A DNA stretch of 64,000 bases, taken from positions 128,001 to 192,000 of the forward strand of contig CAWFAK010000008.1 of assembly GCA_963813715.1 (NCBI GenBank), read 5' to 3'. The position numbers were made by a program, and so were the translations under genes. Below the pieces are notes generated by a model that was given only the letters and a program-made list of their open reading frames with translations, had not been told where the DNA came from and did not search any database. Positions 33,199 to 45,495 of the stretch are shown piece by piece. Positions within the stretch are counted from its first letter, which is position 1, and each line of letters begins with the position of its first letter. The stretch comes from an uncultured Planctomycetaceae bacterium (GTDB lineage: Bacteria > Planctomycetota > Planctomycetia > Planctomycetales > Planctomycetaceae).

Positions 33199-34642
33199 AT
33201 GTCCGATCGTCCGTCCGTTGTTTGGTTCCGCTGCGATCTTCGCCTGGCCGACAACCCCGCCCTGACGGCCGCCGTCGCGGCGGGGCGGACCGGTCATCCC
33301 GCTCTTCATTTGGTCACCAGACGAAGAAGGGACATGGCTGCCCGGTGCGGCCAGTCGCTGGTGGTTGCACCAGTCGCTCGTGGCCATCGAACGCGAGCTT
33401 CGCCAGCACGAGTCGCGGTTAATCATCGGTCGCGGTGCGGCGCTCGAGGCATTGCAACATGTCGTCCGCTCGACAAAAGCCGCCGCTGTATATTGGAATC
33501 GCCGCTACGAGCCCGCACTCGTCAAGCGCGATCGTCAGGTCGAAGAGGCGCTTTCCAAGGCCGGCACGCCAGTCGAAACATTTCCGGGCAATCTGCTCTT
33601 CGAGCCCGCGGACGTGCTCACAAAGGAACGCAAGCCGTATCGCGTTTTCACTCCTTTCTGGAATGCGTGCCGCGCTCTGGGCGAACCGAGCGCGCCACTT
33701 GCCGTACCGCGGCGCTGGCTTTCGTCGTCCCGCTGGCCGAAATCGCTCGGCATCGACGCGCTGGAACTCGAACCCAAGCTCGACTGGGCCGCCGCATTTC
33801 GCGATGTTTGGACGCCGGGCGAGCGCGGTGCCAGCCGCCAACTGTCGCGGTTTCGCGACGAGGCGCTCGCCGAATACGTCCGTGGCCGCGATCGACCCGA
33901 CACCATCGGCACGTCGCGGTTATCACCCCATTTGCACTTCGGCGAAATCACGCCGCGGCAAGTGTGGCATGCGCCTCAACGACGATAACCGCAAAAAGGC
34001 CCCGTTTTCCGCCGCCCCGCGAGCCAAATTCCTGGCTGAGCTCGGATGGCGCGAATTCGCACACCACGTGCTTTATCACTTTCCCCACACCAGCGATCAA
34101 CCACTGCGGGAAGAATTCAAGCGATTTCCCTGGCGGCGCGACGCACGGCGCTCAAGGCCTGGCAGTGTGGGCAAACGGGCTTCCCCATCGTCGATGCCGG
34201 AATGCGCGAACTGTGGACCACGGGTTGGATGCACAATCGCGTGCGAATGATCGTCACCTCGTTCCTGACCAAAGACTTGCTGATCCCCTGGCGCGAGGGC
34301 GCCAAGTGGTTTTGGGACACGCTGGTCGACGCCGACCTCGCCAACAATACGCTCGGTTGGCAATGGACGGCCGGCTGCGGTGCCGACGCGGCCCCCTTCT
34401 TCCGCATCTTCAATCCGGTTTTGCAGGCACGGAAATTCGACCCCGAAGGATCGTACGTCCGCAGCTGGGTGCCGGAACTCGCGGCTCTGCCGCTCAAATA
34501 CCTGCACGAACCGCACAAGGCGCCGCCGGACATGCTGGCGGCAGCGGGTGTACGATTGGGCGAGAATTATCCGCGACCTATCGTCAGCCACGCCGATTCG
34601 CGCGCCGCAGCCCTCGCTGCCTTTCGCTCACTTCGCGGCTGA
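33199..34642 (+). CDS. phrB: deoxyribodipyrimidine photolyase (about three frameshifts)
   Basis: WFRCDLRLADNPAL, TSRLSPHLHFGEI, ELGWREF, TGFPIVDAGMREL, WMHNRVRM, GWQWTAG, RIFNP. Confidence 0.92.
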
Positions 34643-34660
34643 GCGAACGCCTGCCGCACT

Positions 34661-36062
34661 TTATTGACGTGCCCGGCCAGGACGCTGCCAAGTCTCGCCG
34701 CGCTTGTAGCGATTGGCCCGCTCGACGACCACCGGGTCCTTGCTCGTCGCGATCACCTTGTCGAGCGCCTTGTCGACCTCCGCTTTTTTCGGATCGCGGA
34801 CTTCGCGGTGGTGTGCAATTTCGACGATCGTTTCGCAGGCGAGCTGGGCAAACTCGGGTTGGTCAACGTAAGGCAGGACGAACCGCACCGAATCGACGGC
34901 GTACGCCGTGCGGATGCGGTTGATCACGAGCGAAACTTCTTCCGGCGTTCTTGGCGATTTTCATCGCTTGTTTCAGTCGCTCGAGTCGTTCCTTGTCGGA
35001 GCGATTGTCCCGCGCGGCCGCCACCTTTACAAAACCACGGAAGGCCTGGGCCCGCTCGGCCGGGTCGCCGGCTTTTGTCGCGATCGTGGAAAGCGTGTCG
35101 GCGACGCTCGCGTCCGGCCATTTGCTGAGGGCGTCGATGCCGAGTTGCCGACGACCCGCGTCCTCGCCTGTGGCAATCGCAGCCACGAATTCGATCAGCT
35201 TCTTGCCACCGACGCGCCCGAGGAGCGACAACAGTTGGTCACGCTGCCCGGCGTCAACTGTGCTCAGTGCCTCGATCAGAGCCGCGCCACGCTGGTCCGG
35301 GCTTTCGATACGCTCGCAAACCTGGGCGACGTCCTTTTCGGCAGCGTCACGCTCGTAGCCTTTGCGGGCCTTCAGGACGCCCGGCAACATCTTTGCGATT
35401 TGGTCCGGATGGCCGAGCTGACCGAGTGCGGCCATCGCGGCGCGCCGCACGCGGACATTATCGTCGAGCGTCGCGCCGAGGAGCGCCGGCACCTGGTCGC
35501 TCGCCCGCCGCGTCGCGAGCACATCGATCAGCGCGCCGTGAACGTCCGAGGATGCCGACAGCAGATCGCCCGCCAACGTCTGATTGATCGAGTCGACCGG
35601 GATTTCGATGAGACTCCGGCGGGCTGCCGCTTGTTCGGCATTGGTCGGTGCCGCCAGCGACTTGACGAGCAAGGGGACATCTTCGGGAGTGCCCAGTTTA
35701 CCGAGCGACAGGAGGGCCGCGGCCCGCACGTTTTCATCCGTGGTTGCAGCGAGCAGGTTGAGAACACCCGTTCGCGCGGCACGATCGCCTCGATCGGCCA
35801 GGGCATCCAGCAGAGCGATTTGTCCGCCGGCGTCGAGCTTTGGGAACTGCGCGACAAAAAGTTCCGTGAGAGCCGGGCCGCGAGCCGCGGTCCGCACCTG
35901 CTCGAGTCCGGCCGCGCGGAATTCCTTGTCGTGCTCGCCGATGAGCTTGACGATGGTCTGGACGAACTCGTCCGTTTGGGTATCGGCCGCGCTGGCGACC
36001 GCCGTCGCAAAGACGAACGCCAGCCCCAGAACCAAGCCACCGCGCCAGAATCGCAGCGCCAT
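34661..36062 (-). CDS. secreted HEAT-repeat protein (frameshift ~34935)
   Basis: Signal peptide and repeated VRxAAxxALG helices; the C-terminus continues in ORF 34661..34927. Confidence 0.8.
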
Positions 36063-36131
36063 CGTGCCATCTCCCGAAGAAACTACTGAGTTGAACGAGT
36101 GAACCGCGGATTGCGGATTAAGGCCCAGCCT

Positions 36132-36830
36132 CTAGGCCCGAGCACAGGCCAGCAGGCCGCGCGTCGCCGCCAGGCGGACCAGGCGCGGCTGTTGCTCGCC
36201 CGCCAGAGACTGATAAATCGCCTTCGCTTCCGCGTGCTTGTCGGCGGCTAGGAGGGCCTCGGCACAGGCCAGGAGTCCGTCGATCACAACCTGCTTGTCG
36301 CCGTTCGCCGACGGTAACGCCGCCTGTAGGACCGCTGCCGACTCGGCCGTGCCGATCGTTCCGAGCGCGAGCGCGGCGGCTCGGGCGACGGCCGGATCGT
36401 CCGTCTGCAGCAATTTGCCCAGCGGGGCGACGGCGGCCGCATCGCGCCGCGAGCCAAGCGAGCTGATCACGCCGATCTTCTGGCTACCGCTCACCGTGCC
36501 GAGCGCCTCCCGCAGCGCGGCTCCCGCCTCGGGGACATTGATCCGCTCGAGCGCGTAACGGGCCATGTGCGACTGCTCTTTGTTGCCGAGTTGCCCGGCC
36601 AGCGATGGCACCGAGGCGACCGTGCCAACGATCATCAGCTTGCGGCACACGTAATCGTGGGCGTCGCGCGAAAGGCTTTCCTTTAGGGCGGCGAGCAGGC
36701 GATTCTCCAGATCCTGGCTGACGGCAGGGTCGCCATGCGCGGCAACGGCCGCGTCGTCGATCGGCGACAACACCGATAGGTCGGTCCCCCAGTCGAACTT
36801 TTTCAGGGCTTCAAAAGCGTCGGCCAGCAT
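36132..36830 (-). CDS. HEAT-repeat protein
   Basis: MARYALERI, VARAAALALGTIG, VRLAATRG. Confidence 0.8.
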   Translation of the reverse strand: MLADAFEALKKFDWGTDLSVLSPIDDAAVAAHGDPAVSQDLENRLLAALKESLSRDAHDYVCRKLMIVGTVASVPSLAGQLGNKEQSHMARYALERINVPEAGAALREALGTVSGSQKIGVISSLGSRRDAAAVAPLGKLLQTDDPAVARAAALALGTIGTAESAAVLQAALPSANGDKQVVIDGLLACAEALLAADKHAEAKAIYQSLAGEQQPRLVRLAATRGLLACARA

Positions 36831-36923
36831 GGTTCGCGTCCTGATTGGCGGGCTTTTGTTCGGATGCGATGCGGCGCGTGGCAAGGCGAAGCGGGCGACC
36901 CTCGCCGAGTGGTCATTGCCGGA

Positions 36924-38157
36924 TTACAACTGCCACGGCTCGCGGCGAGCGCGATCGATGAAACGGTTGGCTTCGGCATCGCCGGGAAACTCCTGCCGGG
37001 CAGCATCCCACTTGAGCGAGCGCTTTGAGCTGGTAAGCAATATTTCCCAGGTGCGACACGACCGCGGTGTTGGCCGCCAGCTCGATATCGCGGAAGGGCT
37101 TCTCGCGGGTTTTGACGCAATAAATGAAGTCGGCACCGATATTGTCGCCGCCTTTGTAGGTGGGCACCGGCTTGGGCGGCAGTTTTTGCCCGGGCGTCCC
37201 TTCGATCTGCATGTTCTGCGCGTGTGGCCGGTTGTGCGTCAGGACCAGGCCGTTCGGATATTTGTATTCGAGGAAATGGCCCTCTTTGTCGTCGTGATAA
37301 ATCACTTCCTCGGGCTGCAACTCGCGAACGTCGCAGATGAAGGTCGCCCCGCCGAAGTGATGGGCTCCCCAGTCGGTCATGCCGCCGCCCGAATAGTCGC
37401 TGAACGAGCGCCAGCTCGCGCCGTTGATCGAATAGCTGCCGCTGCAACGCTTCGAGTTGTACGGCCCCCACGGCGCGGGGCCGAGCCACATGTCCCAGTC
37501 GATCTTCTCGGTCATTTCTTCGGGTGGCAGATTGCACAGTTTGGGAAGCGGCCCGACGTTGACGTTGATCGACTTGATCTTCCCGAACTCGCCCGCCCAG
37601 GCCGGATCGACCTGCTTGCGATAATCTTCGAGCACGCGCTGGCTACCGCCGGAGACGACGCGTCCGTACCGCCGGGCGGCGGCGATCATCAGCGGCCCCT
37701 CCCGCAGGGTGAGCGTTTCGGGCTTTTGGCAGAAGACGTCTTTCCCGTTGCGGCAGGCTTCGATGGTGATGATCGCGTGCCAGTGATCGGGCGTGGCGAT
37801 GTGCACCGCGTCGATATCGGGCCGCGCCAGCAACTCGCGGAAATCGTTGTAGGTCTTGCAGTCGTGATTCCGGTAATGGCCGTCGATCGTCGCCTTTGAC
37901 CGCGTGCGGACCTCTTCGCGAACGTCGCACATCGCCACGTACTGCACGTCTTTGCGATTGAGGTAGCCCCACTGATCACCGCGGCCCATGTTGCCGATGC
38001 CGATCCCGCCCATCACGATGCGATCGCTCGCCGCCGGCCGTTCACTGTTGCCCAGCGCAGAGGAGGTGATGATGAACGGCACACCGAACGCGGCTCCCGC
38101 GCCGGCACCGGCCGTCTTCAAGAATTCACGACGAGTGGGTCGCTTCTTCTGGCTCAT
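36924..38157 (-). CDS. Tat-exported Gfo/Idh/MocA oxidoreductase (frameshift near the C-terminus)
   Basis: TRREFLK, IATPDHWH, DVFCQKP, WDMWLGPAP, DWGAHH. Confidence 0.9.
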
Positions 38158-38489
38158 GGATATTCCTGTTTTGAAGGACGGCGGAAAGGCAGGGTCCGGA
38201 GGCCGGCATCGCGGGGGATTGACGACAGTTTAGCTCGACGGCTCACGAGTTGTCACCAGATCGGGGCCACCAAGGAATCAATCGCGACCGCGATGTGAGC
38301 GACTGAATCCTCGCGCGGTGTCTGCATCATCGATCCGAAGCTCGCTGCAAGCGGATTTGACCGAGATCGGCATTTGTCCGACAATCGCGGCGGAAACGGC
38401 GGTCGCGCCGCTTCTGATGACGAAGGCCCAACCCGAATCGCGTTCTTCCTACCCCGGTGAGCCTCCAGCAACTTTCCGCCGAAGAATCC

Positions 38490-39940
38490 ATGCGTCCCCT
38501 ATTCCTGAAAACGCGGCCCGTCCAACCCATCCGGTGGCTGCTGGCAATCGGAATTATCTTGCTGCCCGGTTGGCAGGTCCGAGGAGCCGAGGATCCCGGA
38601 CGGCCGAACATCGTGCTGATCCTGGCGGACGACCTGGGCTACGGCGATCTCGGTTGCTACGGCCAAAAGCAAATCGCGACGCCGAATATCGATCGCCTGG
38701 CGGCCGAAGGTCGACGATTTACGCAGTTTTACGCCGGCTGCACGGTGTGTGCTCCGTCGCGTTGCGTGCTGATGACCGGGCTGAATACCGGACACTGTTA
38801 TATTCGCGGCAATTCCAACCACAGCCTGCGAGGCAGCGACGTCACGGTGGCCCAAGTGCTCAAGCGGGCCGGCTACGCAACGGGCCTGTTCGGCAAGTGG
38901 GGGCTCGGTCAGGAGGGCAGCGACGGCGTGCCGACGCGTCAGGGTTTCGGGCGGTTCTTCGGCTATCTCGACCAGGTGCACGCGCACAATTACTTTCCCG
39001 CCTTCCTGATTTCCGACGAATCGCGAGAGCCGCTGCAGAACGTCGTCCCCGGACGGGGCCTCTACGGTTCGGGAGTGGCGTGCAAAAAGGTGCAATACAG
39101 TGCCGACCTGATCCGCGATCGGGCGCTGGCGTTTCTCGACGAGCACAAGTCCGGCCCGTTCTTTCTCGAGTTCGCATCGACTCTGCCGCACGCCAACAAC
39201 GAATCGCGCCCGAACGGGATGGAGATCCTGGATTATGGGCCTTATCGCAACAAGGATTGGCCCGATCCGGAAAAAGGTCAGGCCGCGATGATCAGTCGGC
39301 TCGACTCGGACGTGGGGCGGATTCTGGCCCGGCTGCACGAGCAGGGCCTCGACGACCGCACGATTGTGCTCTTCACCTCGGACAATGGCGGGCACAAAGA
39401 AGGTGGGCACGATCCGCGGTTCCTCAACGATATGGGCCCGCTGCGGGGGCACAAGCGGGATCTCTACGAAGGGGGCATCCGCGTGCCGCTCGTGGTCCGT
39501 TGGCCCGGCCATACCCCGGCGGGAACCGAGTCTTCGCACGTCGGCTATTTCGGTGACTTTTTCGCGACGGCGGCGGCGCTCGCCGGCGTGACTCCACCGA
39601 CAGGGCTCGACAGCGTGAGCTTCTTGCCGTCGCTCGATGCCACCGTGGGCAAGCAGTTGGAGCACGACTCTCTGTACTGGGAGTTTCACGAGCAAGGCTC
39701 GGCCCAAGCCGTGAGAATGGGGAATTGGAAGGGCGTGATTCGGCCATTGGGTTCGGGGCACGTCGAGTTGTATGATCTGACGACCGATCTGGGCGAGATG
39801 CGCGACGTCGCCGCCCAGCACCCGGAAATCGTCGAGCAAATCGTGTCAATCGCCAAGAGGCGCACACGCCGTCGCCGCTGTGGCCGGATGCCGATCCCAA
39901 GGCCAAGCCGCAGCGAACGGCGCGAACAAGGAGTTCGTGA
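38490..39940 (+). CDS. arylsulfatase (frameshift ~39857)
   Basis: PNIVLILADDLGYGD, formylglycine motif CAPSR, GKW, SDNG, LYEGGIRVP, ELYDL; true end ...PSPLWPD...SS* in a shifted frame. Confidence 0.92.
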
Positions 39941-39941
39941 C

Positions 39942-41448
39942 ATGGCGTTCAAGCAGCGCGAAGAGGGGCCGAAAAGCGCCCCCGCCTCCGGCCCGACCGG
40001 CCGCATCGACCGAGGAAAAGTCGGCCAAGAACGCTGCCGCTTCGAAATCGATGCCCGAGCGGCTGATGTCGTTGGACGCATTCCGCGGCTTCACGATGCT
40101 GCTGATGGTCTCGGACGGGTGGGCCATCTCCAATCTCGTCAAACACCATTCGGACATCCTCACTCGGTACGACGGGCATTGGTACGGCAAGCCCTGGAAG
40201 ATGTTCTGGAATACGGCCGCCTGGCAACTCCAGCATGTGGAATGGACGGGCTGCGTCGCCTGGGACCTGATCCAGCCCTGCTTCATGTTCATGGTCGGCG
40301 TGGCGATGCCGTTTTCGTTCGCCAAACGCGAGTCCCGCGGCGATTCCTGGGGGCTGCAGTTCCGGCACGCCCTGATCCGCTCACTGATTCTGATTGGGCT
40401 GGGAATTTTCCTGCGATCGACCAATTCGAACATGACGTACTTCACGTTCGAGGACGTGCTCACGCAGATCGGGCTGGGCTACATCTTCGTGTTCATCCTG
40501 CTCCGGGCCCCCTTCGTCGCCCAGTGCGTTGCCGTGCTCGTGATCTTGGGAGGTTATTGGTTCTGCTTCTACCACTATCCGCTGCCCGCCGAGGGGAATC
40601 TCGTCACGAAGTACCTCATGGAACACGGGGCGAAACCGGACGAGTGGAATCAGTTCACGAACGCGGGCCTCAAGCCCGATCACATCGCCGAGCACTGGAA
40701 CAAACACACCAACGCGGCGGCCGCCGCCGATCGCGTCTTTCTCAACTGGTTTCCCCGATCGCGCGAGCCCTGGAACGGGAAGAAATTCTGGGTGAACAGC
40801 GGCGGTTATCAAACGCTCAACTTCATTCCCTCGATCGTGACAATGTTGTTCGGCGTGATGGCCGGGCAGCTTTTGCGCGGCCCATGGACGGCGCGAAAAA
40901 AGCTCGGCACGCTGATGGCGGCTGGGCTGGGTTGTTTCGTCGTCGCGATGGCGATCGACACCACGATCTGGCCTTTTCACGTCGGCCGGCTCAACTATTC
41001 GCTGTGCCCGATCGTGAAGCGGATCTGGTCGCCCTCGTGGGCCGTGTTCAGTGCGGGTTGGGCGTTCTGGTTTTTGGGGCTCTTTTATTGGGTCGTCGAC
41101 ATGCGGGGACACCGCCGACTGGCCTTCCCGCTGGCGATCATCGGCATGAATTCGATCCTGGTCTATTGCCTGGATCATCTCTCCGGGCACTGGCTCTCGG
41201 ACATGCTGCGAATTCACCTGGCAACGTTCGACCAGGGCGTCCACGGACTGATCGTCAAGCTGAGCAACTGGCTGCCCGCCGTTGGCCGATGGTCGTTCGT
41301 CCGCTGGATGGGCCATGCCTCGCTCTCCGACGTTTTCTACGGCCGAGAGAGCGTCTTCACGCCGATTTGGCACGAATTCGCAATCCTGCTGCTCATCTGG
41401 CTGATCTGCCTGTGGCTGTACCGCCGTCGCATCTTCGTTCGCATTTAA
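39942..41448 (+). CDS. DUF5009 / heparan-alpha-glucosaminide N-acetyltransferase-like membrane protein (5' frameshift)
   Basis: AAGGAG RBS before the ATG at 39942; RLMSLDAFRG, WDLIQPCFMFMVG, VLTQIGLGY, PIVKRIWSPSW, GMNSI. Confidence 0.85.
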
Positions 41449-41634
41449 CGGCGCTTTAATCGAAGACGCCGGCCAGGATCGCAGGTTCCTTCCAAAGCGG
41501 TCGCAGCAGATGCTCCTTTTGTAGCGACCTTTCCGCGATTGGCTTCTCGCTCCCGTCAGCAGGCGCAAATGCTGGCCGCTTGGTGCGGCGACGTGACCTA
41601 CATTTGGCTGGTCACGTTTGCGGGAGAAAAGGCC

Positions 41635-42360
41635 GTGCGGAAAGATCGTGAACGAGTCACGCGTGCATTGGATTGCCTTTCGACCGGCTTGGCGCCCTAC
41701 GTCGAACGGTCGCTGGTCGACGTGTATCACGGAGACTGGCGGAACGTCGCGCAACAGAGTTTTCGCGACGACCGGGGCACAGGCAAAGCCGGACCCGACA
41801 TGCGCTGGGATGCCCACGCACTGTTGACAGTGATGTGGGACCAATGGAACCGCGTCTTTCGCGGCCGTCTCGACCACGCCGAACGCAGCCTGGTGAGCGA
41901 GCTCCGCGAATATCGCAACCGCTGGGCGCATCAGACCGATTTCGATTTCGACGACACGTATCGCATTCTCGATAGCACCGAGCGCTTGCTGAAAGCCATC
42001 CAATCGGAAGAGGGGGCAACCGTTTCCCGCGAGAAATCGGAGCTCTTGCGGGCTCACTACAGCAACGAAGCCCGCGCCGCATATCGCAAGGCCCAGATTC
42101 GTCGTCGGCAATGGCACGATCTGATTATTTACGGAGTGTGCGGAGCGTCGCTGGTCTTCGTGATGCTGACACTGCTGGGCGCGCACTACTGGTACATGTC
42201 GCTCTTTATCGTGCTGATTTTTTCCTATCTTGCCTACAGCCGCGCGTCTGCGCCGGCGCCGTTCTTCTCGGGCCCGCACGAGTGCATGGAGTGCGGAAAG
42301 GTCATTTATGGAGACAATTGTCCCTATTGCTCCCAAAACGAAGAAGCCGTCGCCGGTTAA
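41635..42360 (+). CDS. Swt1-like HEPN domain protein with two TM helices and a C-terminal Zn ribbon
   Basis: GLAPYVE, WDAHALL, RSLVSELREYRNRWAH (RxxxxH), DTYRILDSTERLL; TM pair; CMECG...CPYC. Confidence 0.75.
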   Translation: MRKDRERVTRALDCLSTGLAPYVERSLVDVYHGDWRNVAQQSFRDDRGTGKAGPDMRWDAHALLTVMWDQWNRVFRGRLDHAERSLVSELREYRNRWAHQTDFDFDDTYRILDSTERLLKAIQSEEGATVSREKSELLRAHYSNEARAAYRKAQIRRRQWHDLIIYGVCGASLVFVMLTLLGAHYWYMSLFIVLIFSYLAYSRASAPAPFFSGPHECMECGKVIYGDNCPYCSQNEEAVAG

Positions 42361-42637
42361 GTGCAAATTTCGAGCTTTTTGGACTGCAAATTGCGGGCTT
42401 TGGGTGACATGGAGGCAACTGTACAAGTCGTTAGAGTGACCTTAAATCTCCAAGCCCTCTCAAACTTGCTATCATTCATAAATAAGCGTAAGTTCGTGCC
42501 CGCTTGTGGGCCGAACCGGCGTTGACCGCTCTGGACATTCGGAATAAGTAGCCGTTCCCCCGCGGAGTTCCGCGGAAAGGTGTCGCATCAAGCCTGATTG
42601 ATTCGCTGCAGATCAGAGGACTAGAGGAAGCGGGTTC

Positions 42638-44083
42638 ATGCAGATTTTTCCGCGCCCCACCGAAACGCACGAGGGCGATGAACCGCCGCTACCGGTCACC
42701 CAGGGCCGGTTGCTCGACTTTGCCGAGGATCCCATGGCCTGCATGCTGGGCCTGCGGGCGCAGCACGGCAACCTGGCTGTCCTCGAAGAGAATACTCAGC
42801 GGATCGTGTTCGTCTTTGGACCGGAGCTGAACCAGCTCGTCCTCTCCGATTGCGAGACGTTTCACTCCCGCTTCTTCGCCATCCGCGGACCGCGGAATTC
42901 CGCTCAGCGCCGGCTCACCTCCGGCATCATGAGCATGAACGGCGAAACTCACAAAGAGCATCGCCGAGTCGTGAAGGGCCCGTTTGAGCGGAAGGCGCTG
43001 CCGTTTCATCATGGCCCCATCTGCGATCTGACGCGCGGCCTATTGGACTCGTGGAAGGTCGGCGAAGTCCGCGACATGCACGTCGAGATGACGCGGATCA
43101 TGCTGCACATCACGAGTGCGCTGTTGTTCGGCGTCGAGCAGCCCGAGTTCGCCTGGAAGGTTGGCGACATGATCGACCGCTGGGTCGAAATGAACCACCA
43201 GACCGGCATGGGCGCCTTCGTCTCCGATCCCGAGATCAACGACCGCTATGCCGAGCTGCTCGATTTCGCCAACTCGCTCGAGGACGAAATCCGCACGATG
43301 GTCGCGCTGCGTCGCGCGTCGCACAAGGCAGGCGACGACGTCCTCTCGCTCTTGATTCGCGCGAGCGAGTTCGATCACAAAGTTTCGGCCGAAGAGATGA
43401 TCGGCCACGTCGCGCTGCTCTATGGCGCGGCTCACCTCACCACGGCCAACACGCTGACTTGGACGCTGTTCCTCCTGGCGCAACACCCAACGATCATGCG
43501 GCAGCTCCATCGCGAGATCACCGACGTCATGCAGGGGGATTGCCCCACGTACGAAGAGATGACGCGGATGCCGCTCACCGAACGAGTGCTGCGGGAGAGC
43601 ATGCGGATTCTGCCGGCGTCGTCCTACTCGCAACGGATCTGCGCGGTGCCCACGATGCTCCGCAATGTGCCGCTCAATCGGGGCACGCCCGTCGTCTTCA
43701 GCCAATACGTGACGCACCACATCCCCGAGCTGTATCCGGATCCGGAGATGTTCCGCCCGGACCGCTGGCTCGAGGGCCCCGTTTCGCCTTACGCGTATTT
43801 GCCCTTTGGCGCGGGGGCGAAGATGTGCATCGGAGCTCCGCTGGCCATGCAAACGCTGCGGACGATGCTGCCTTCGATTCTCAAGCGCTACCGACTGACC
43901 GTTGTTCCCGGAGCGGAAATCAACGGCAAGATCGTGTCGACCATGCTGGGACCGACAACCCCGGTCCCAATGCGGATTGCCCGGCAGGATGGCCGGTTCG
44001 AAAGCAGTCCGGTGATCGGAAACATCCATTCTATGGTGTTTCTTCAAGACGCTACCCCCACGCGCCTCCGGCGGGCCGCCTAA
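42638..44083 (+). CDS. cytochrome P450
   Basis: ExxR (ESMR), FRPDRW, heme motif PFGAGAKMCIG. Confidence 0.92.
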   Translation: MQIFPRPTETHEGDEPPLPVTQGRLLDFAEDPMACMLGLRAQHGNLAVLEENTQRIVFVFGPELNQLVLSDCETFHSRFFAIRGPRNSAQRRLTSGIMSMNGETHKEHRRVVKGPFERKALPFHHGPICDLTRGLLDSWKVGEVRDMHVEMTRIMLHITSALLFGVEQPEFAWKVGDMIDRWVEMNHQTGMGAFVSDPEINDRYAELLDFANSLEDEIRTMVALRRASHKAGDDVLSLLIRASEFDHKVSAEEMIGHVALLYGAAHLTTANTLTWTLFLLAQHPTIMRQLHREITDVMQGDCPTYEEMTRMPLTERVLRESMRILPASSYSQRICAVPTMLRNVPLNRGTPVVFSQYVTHHIPELYPDPEMFRPDRWLEGPVSPYAYLPFGAGAKMCIGAPLAMQTLRTMLPSILKRYRLTVVPGAEINGKIVSTMLGPTTPVPMRIARQDGRFESSPVIGNIHSMVFLQDATPTRLRRAA

Positions 44084-44520
44084 CCTGTCGCCCAAAGACG
44101 CGCAGACTGGCTTCACCAGCCCCGAACCGGCACGTCCCGCGCGAGTCGCCGCGAAATAACCATCCGTTCCGTCCGCGCGCCGCGCGATGTTGCCGAAAAT
44201 CCACGCATCTTGGCGGTTTTTGTCCAATCGCTTTCGGCACGTTGGCCGTTTTGGGCTACAGTTGGATGGCCGGCTTTTAATCCAAAGTTGGCCCGTGAAT
44301 TGAACTTGGTCATGCACGCGCAAATCATTGCCGAGACCCGAACACCGCGTCCTGAAAGCCACGTCCTGAAAGCCACTGTATGGGCTACTTTATTCTCACC
44401 ACCGTTTGCACGCTGACTTACCTCGGCTATCTCCCCATTCCCAGAAACGTGCTGATCGCGGCCTGCGTCGTCTACGTTTTGTACGATGCGTTCAAACGCT
44501 AACGCTTTCACCTTCCCGTC

Positions 44521-45495
44521 TCAGCACTTCTCATTAACCGGCGACCAGCGGGGAATGCCGGACGACCTCAGCACGCTTTCGGCCAATTCTTCCGCCGTTT
44601 CGCTCCCGGTCATTTCGATCGGGCGACATTCTTCCAAGTGACGAAACCATGTGTGCTGCCGCTTGGCAAATTGCCGCGTTCGCGTTTGGATCAACGCGAT
44701 CGTCTCGGCCAGCGGAACGCCCTCTTCGAGATGGGCGATGACCTCCTTGTATCCAAGCGCCTGTCGTGCGGTGTGACTGAGCGGCTGCGGCCCGGCCAGC
44801 AACCCGCGGACCTCCTCGATCAATCCATCGGCGACCATCGCCTCGACGCGGCGATCGATGCGCTCGTAAAGCCAGCGGCGCGGCGGCGAGAACCAGTAGA
44901 CGTGTTGAGGCCGGTCTTCGAGCGGCAACGGCGCTTGTCGCTGGAATTCTGAAAGAGGCCGTCCCGTCGCAAAGTACACCTCCAGAGCGCGGACAATTCG
45001 CCGGGCATCGTTGGCGTGAATCCGTCGCGCGGCGCGCGGATCGACAGTCGCCAGCTTCGCGTGCATTTGCTCGGCCGAGGAGCTCGCGAGTTCCTCGGTA
45101 ATTTGACGGCGAATCTCCGGCGCAATTTCGGGACCGTCGAACACGCCCCGCAATAATGCTCGCAGGTAGAGCCCCGTCCCGCCGACGAAGAGCGGAATCC
45201 GTCCGCGCGCGACGACGGTGCGCGCAGCGTCAGTGGCAGCCGACAGATACTGCGCCACGCTGAATGATTCGTGCGGCTCGCACAGATCGATTAAGTGATG
45301 CGGCATCACCGCGCGAAGTTGTGGTGACGGCTTCGCGGTCCCGATCTCCATGCCGCGATAAATCGACATCGAATCCATCGACAGAATGTCGGCGCCGATT
45401 CGCATCGCGATCGCGACGGCTGCCGCGGATTTTCCGCAAGCCGTCGGCCCCGCGAGAAACCAAGAGCGCTTCAAGATGTCGTGGGAAATCTGCAT
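44521..45495 (-). CDS. miaA: tRNA dimethylallyltransferase
   Basis: GPTACGKS, DSMSIYRGMEIGTAKP, VGGTGLY, QALGYKE, TRQFAKRQHTWF. Confidence 0.95.
   Translation of the reverse strand: MQISHDILKRSWFLAGPTACGKSAAAVAIAMRIGADILSMDSMSIYRGMEIGTAKPSPQLRAVMPHHLIDLCEPHESFSVAQYLSAATDAARTVVARGRIPLFVGGTGLYLRALLRGVFDGPEIAPEIRRQITEELASSSAEQMHAKLATVDPRAARRIHANDARRIVRALEVYFATGRPLSEFQRQAPLPLEDRPQHVYWFSPPRRWLYERIDRRVEAMVADGLIEEVRGLLAGPQPLSHTARQALGYKEVIAHLEEGVPLAETIALIQTRTRQFAKRQHTWFRHLEECRPIEMTGSETAEELAESVLRSSGIPRWSPVNEKC

Noticed and set aside
38457..41459. 1000-aa ORF suggesting a sulfatase fusion protein
   Set aside because: Artefact of a frameshift at ~39857; the tail is off-frame readthrough of the separate DUF5009-like gene.
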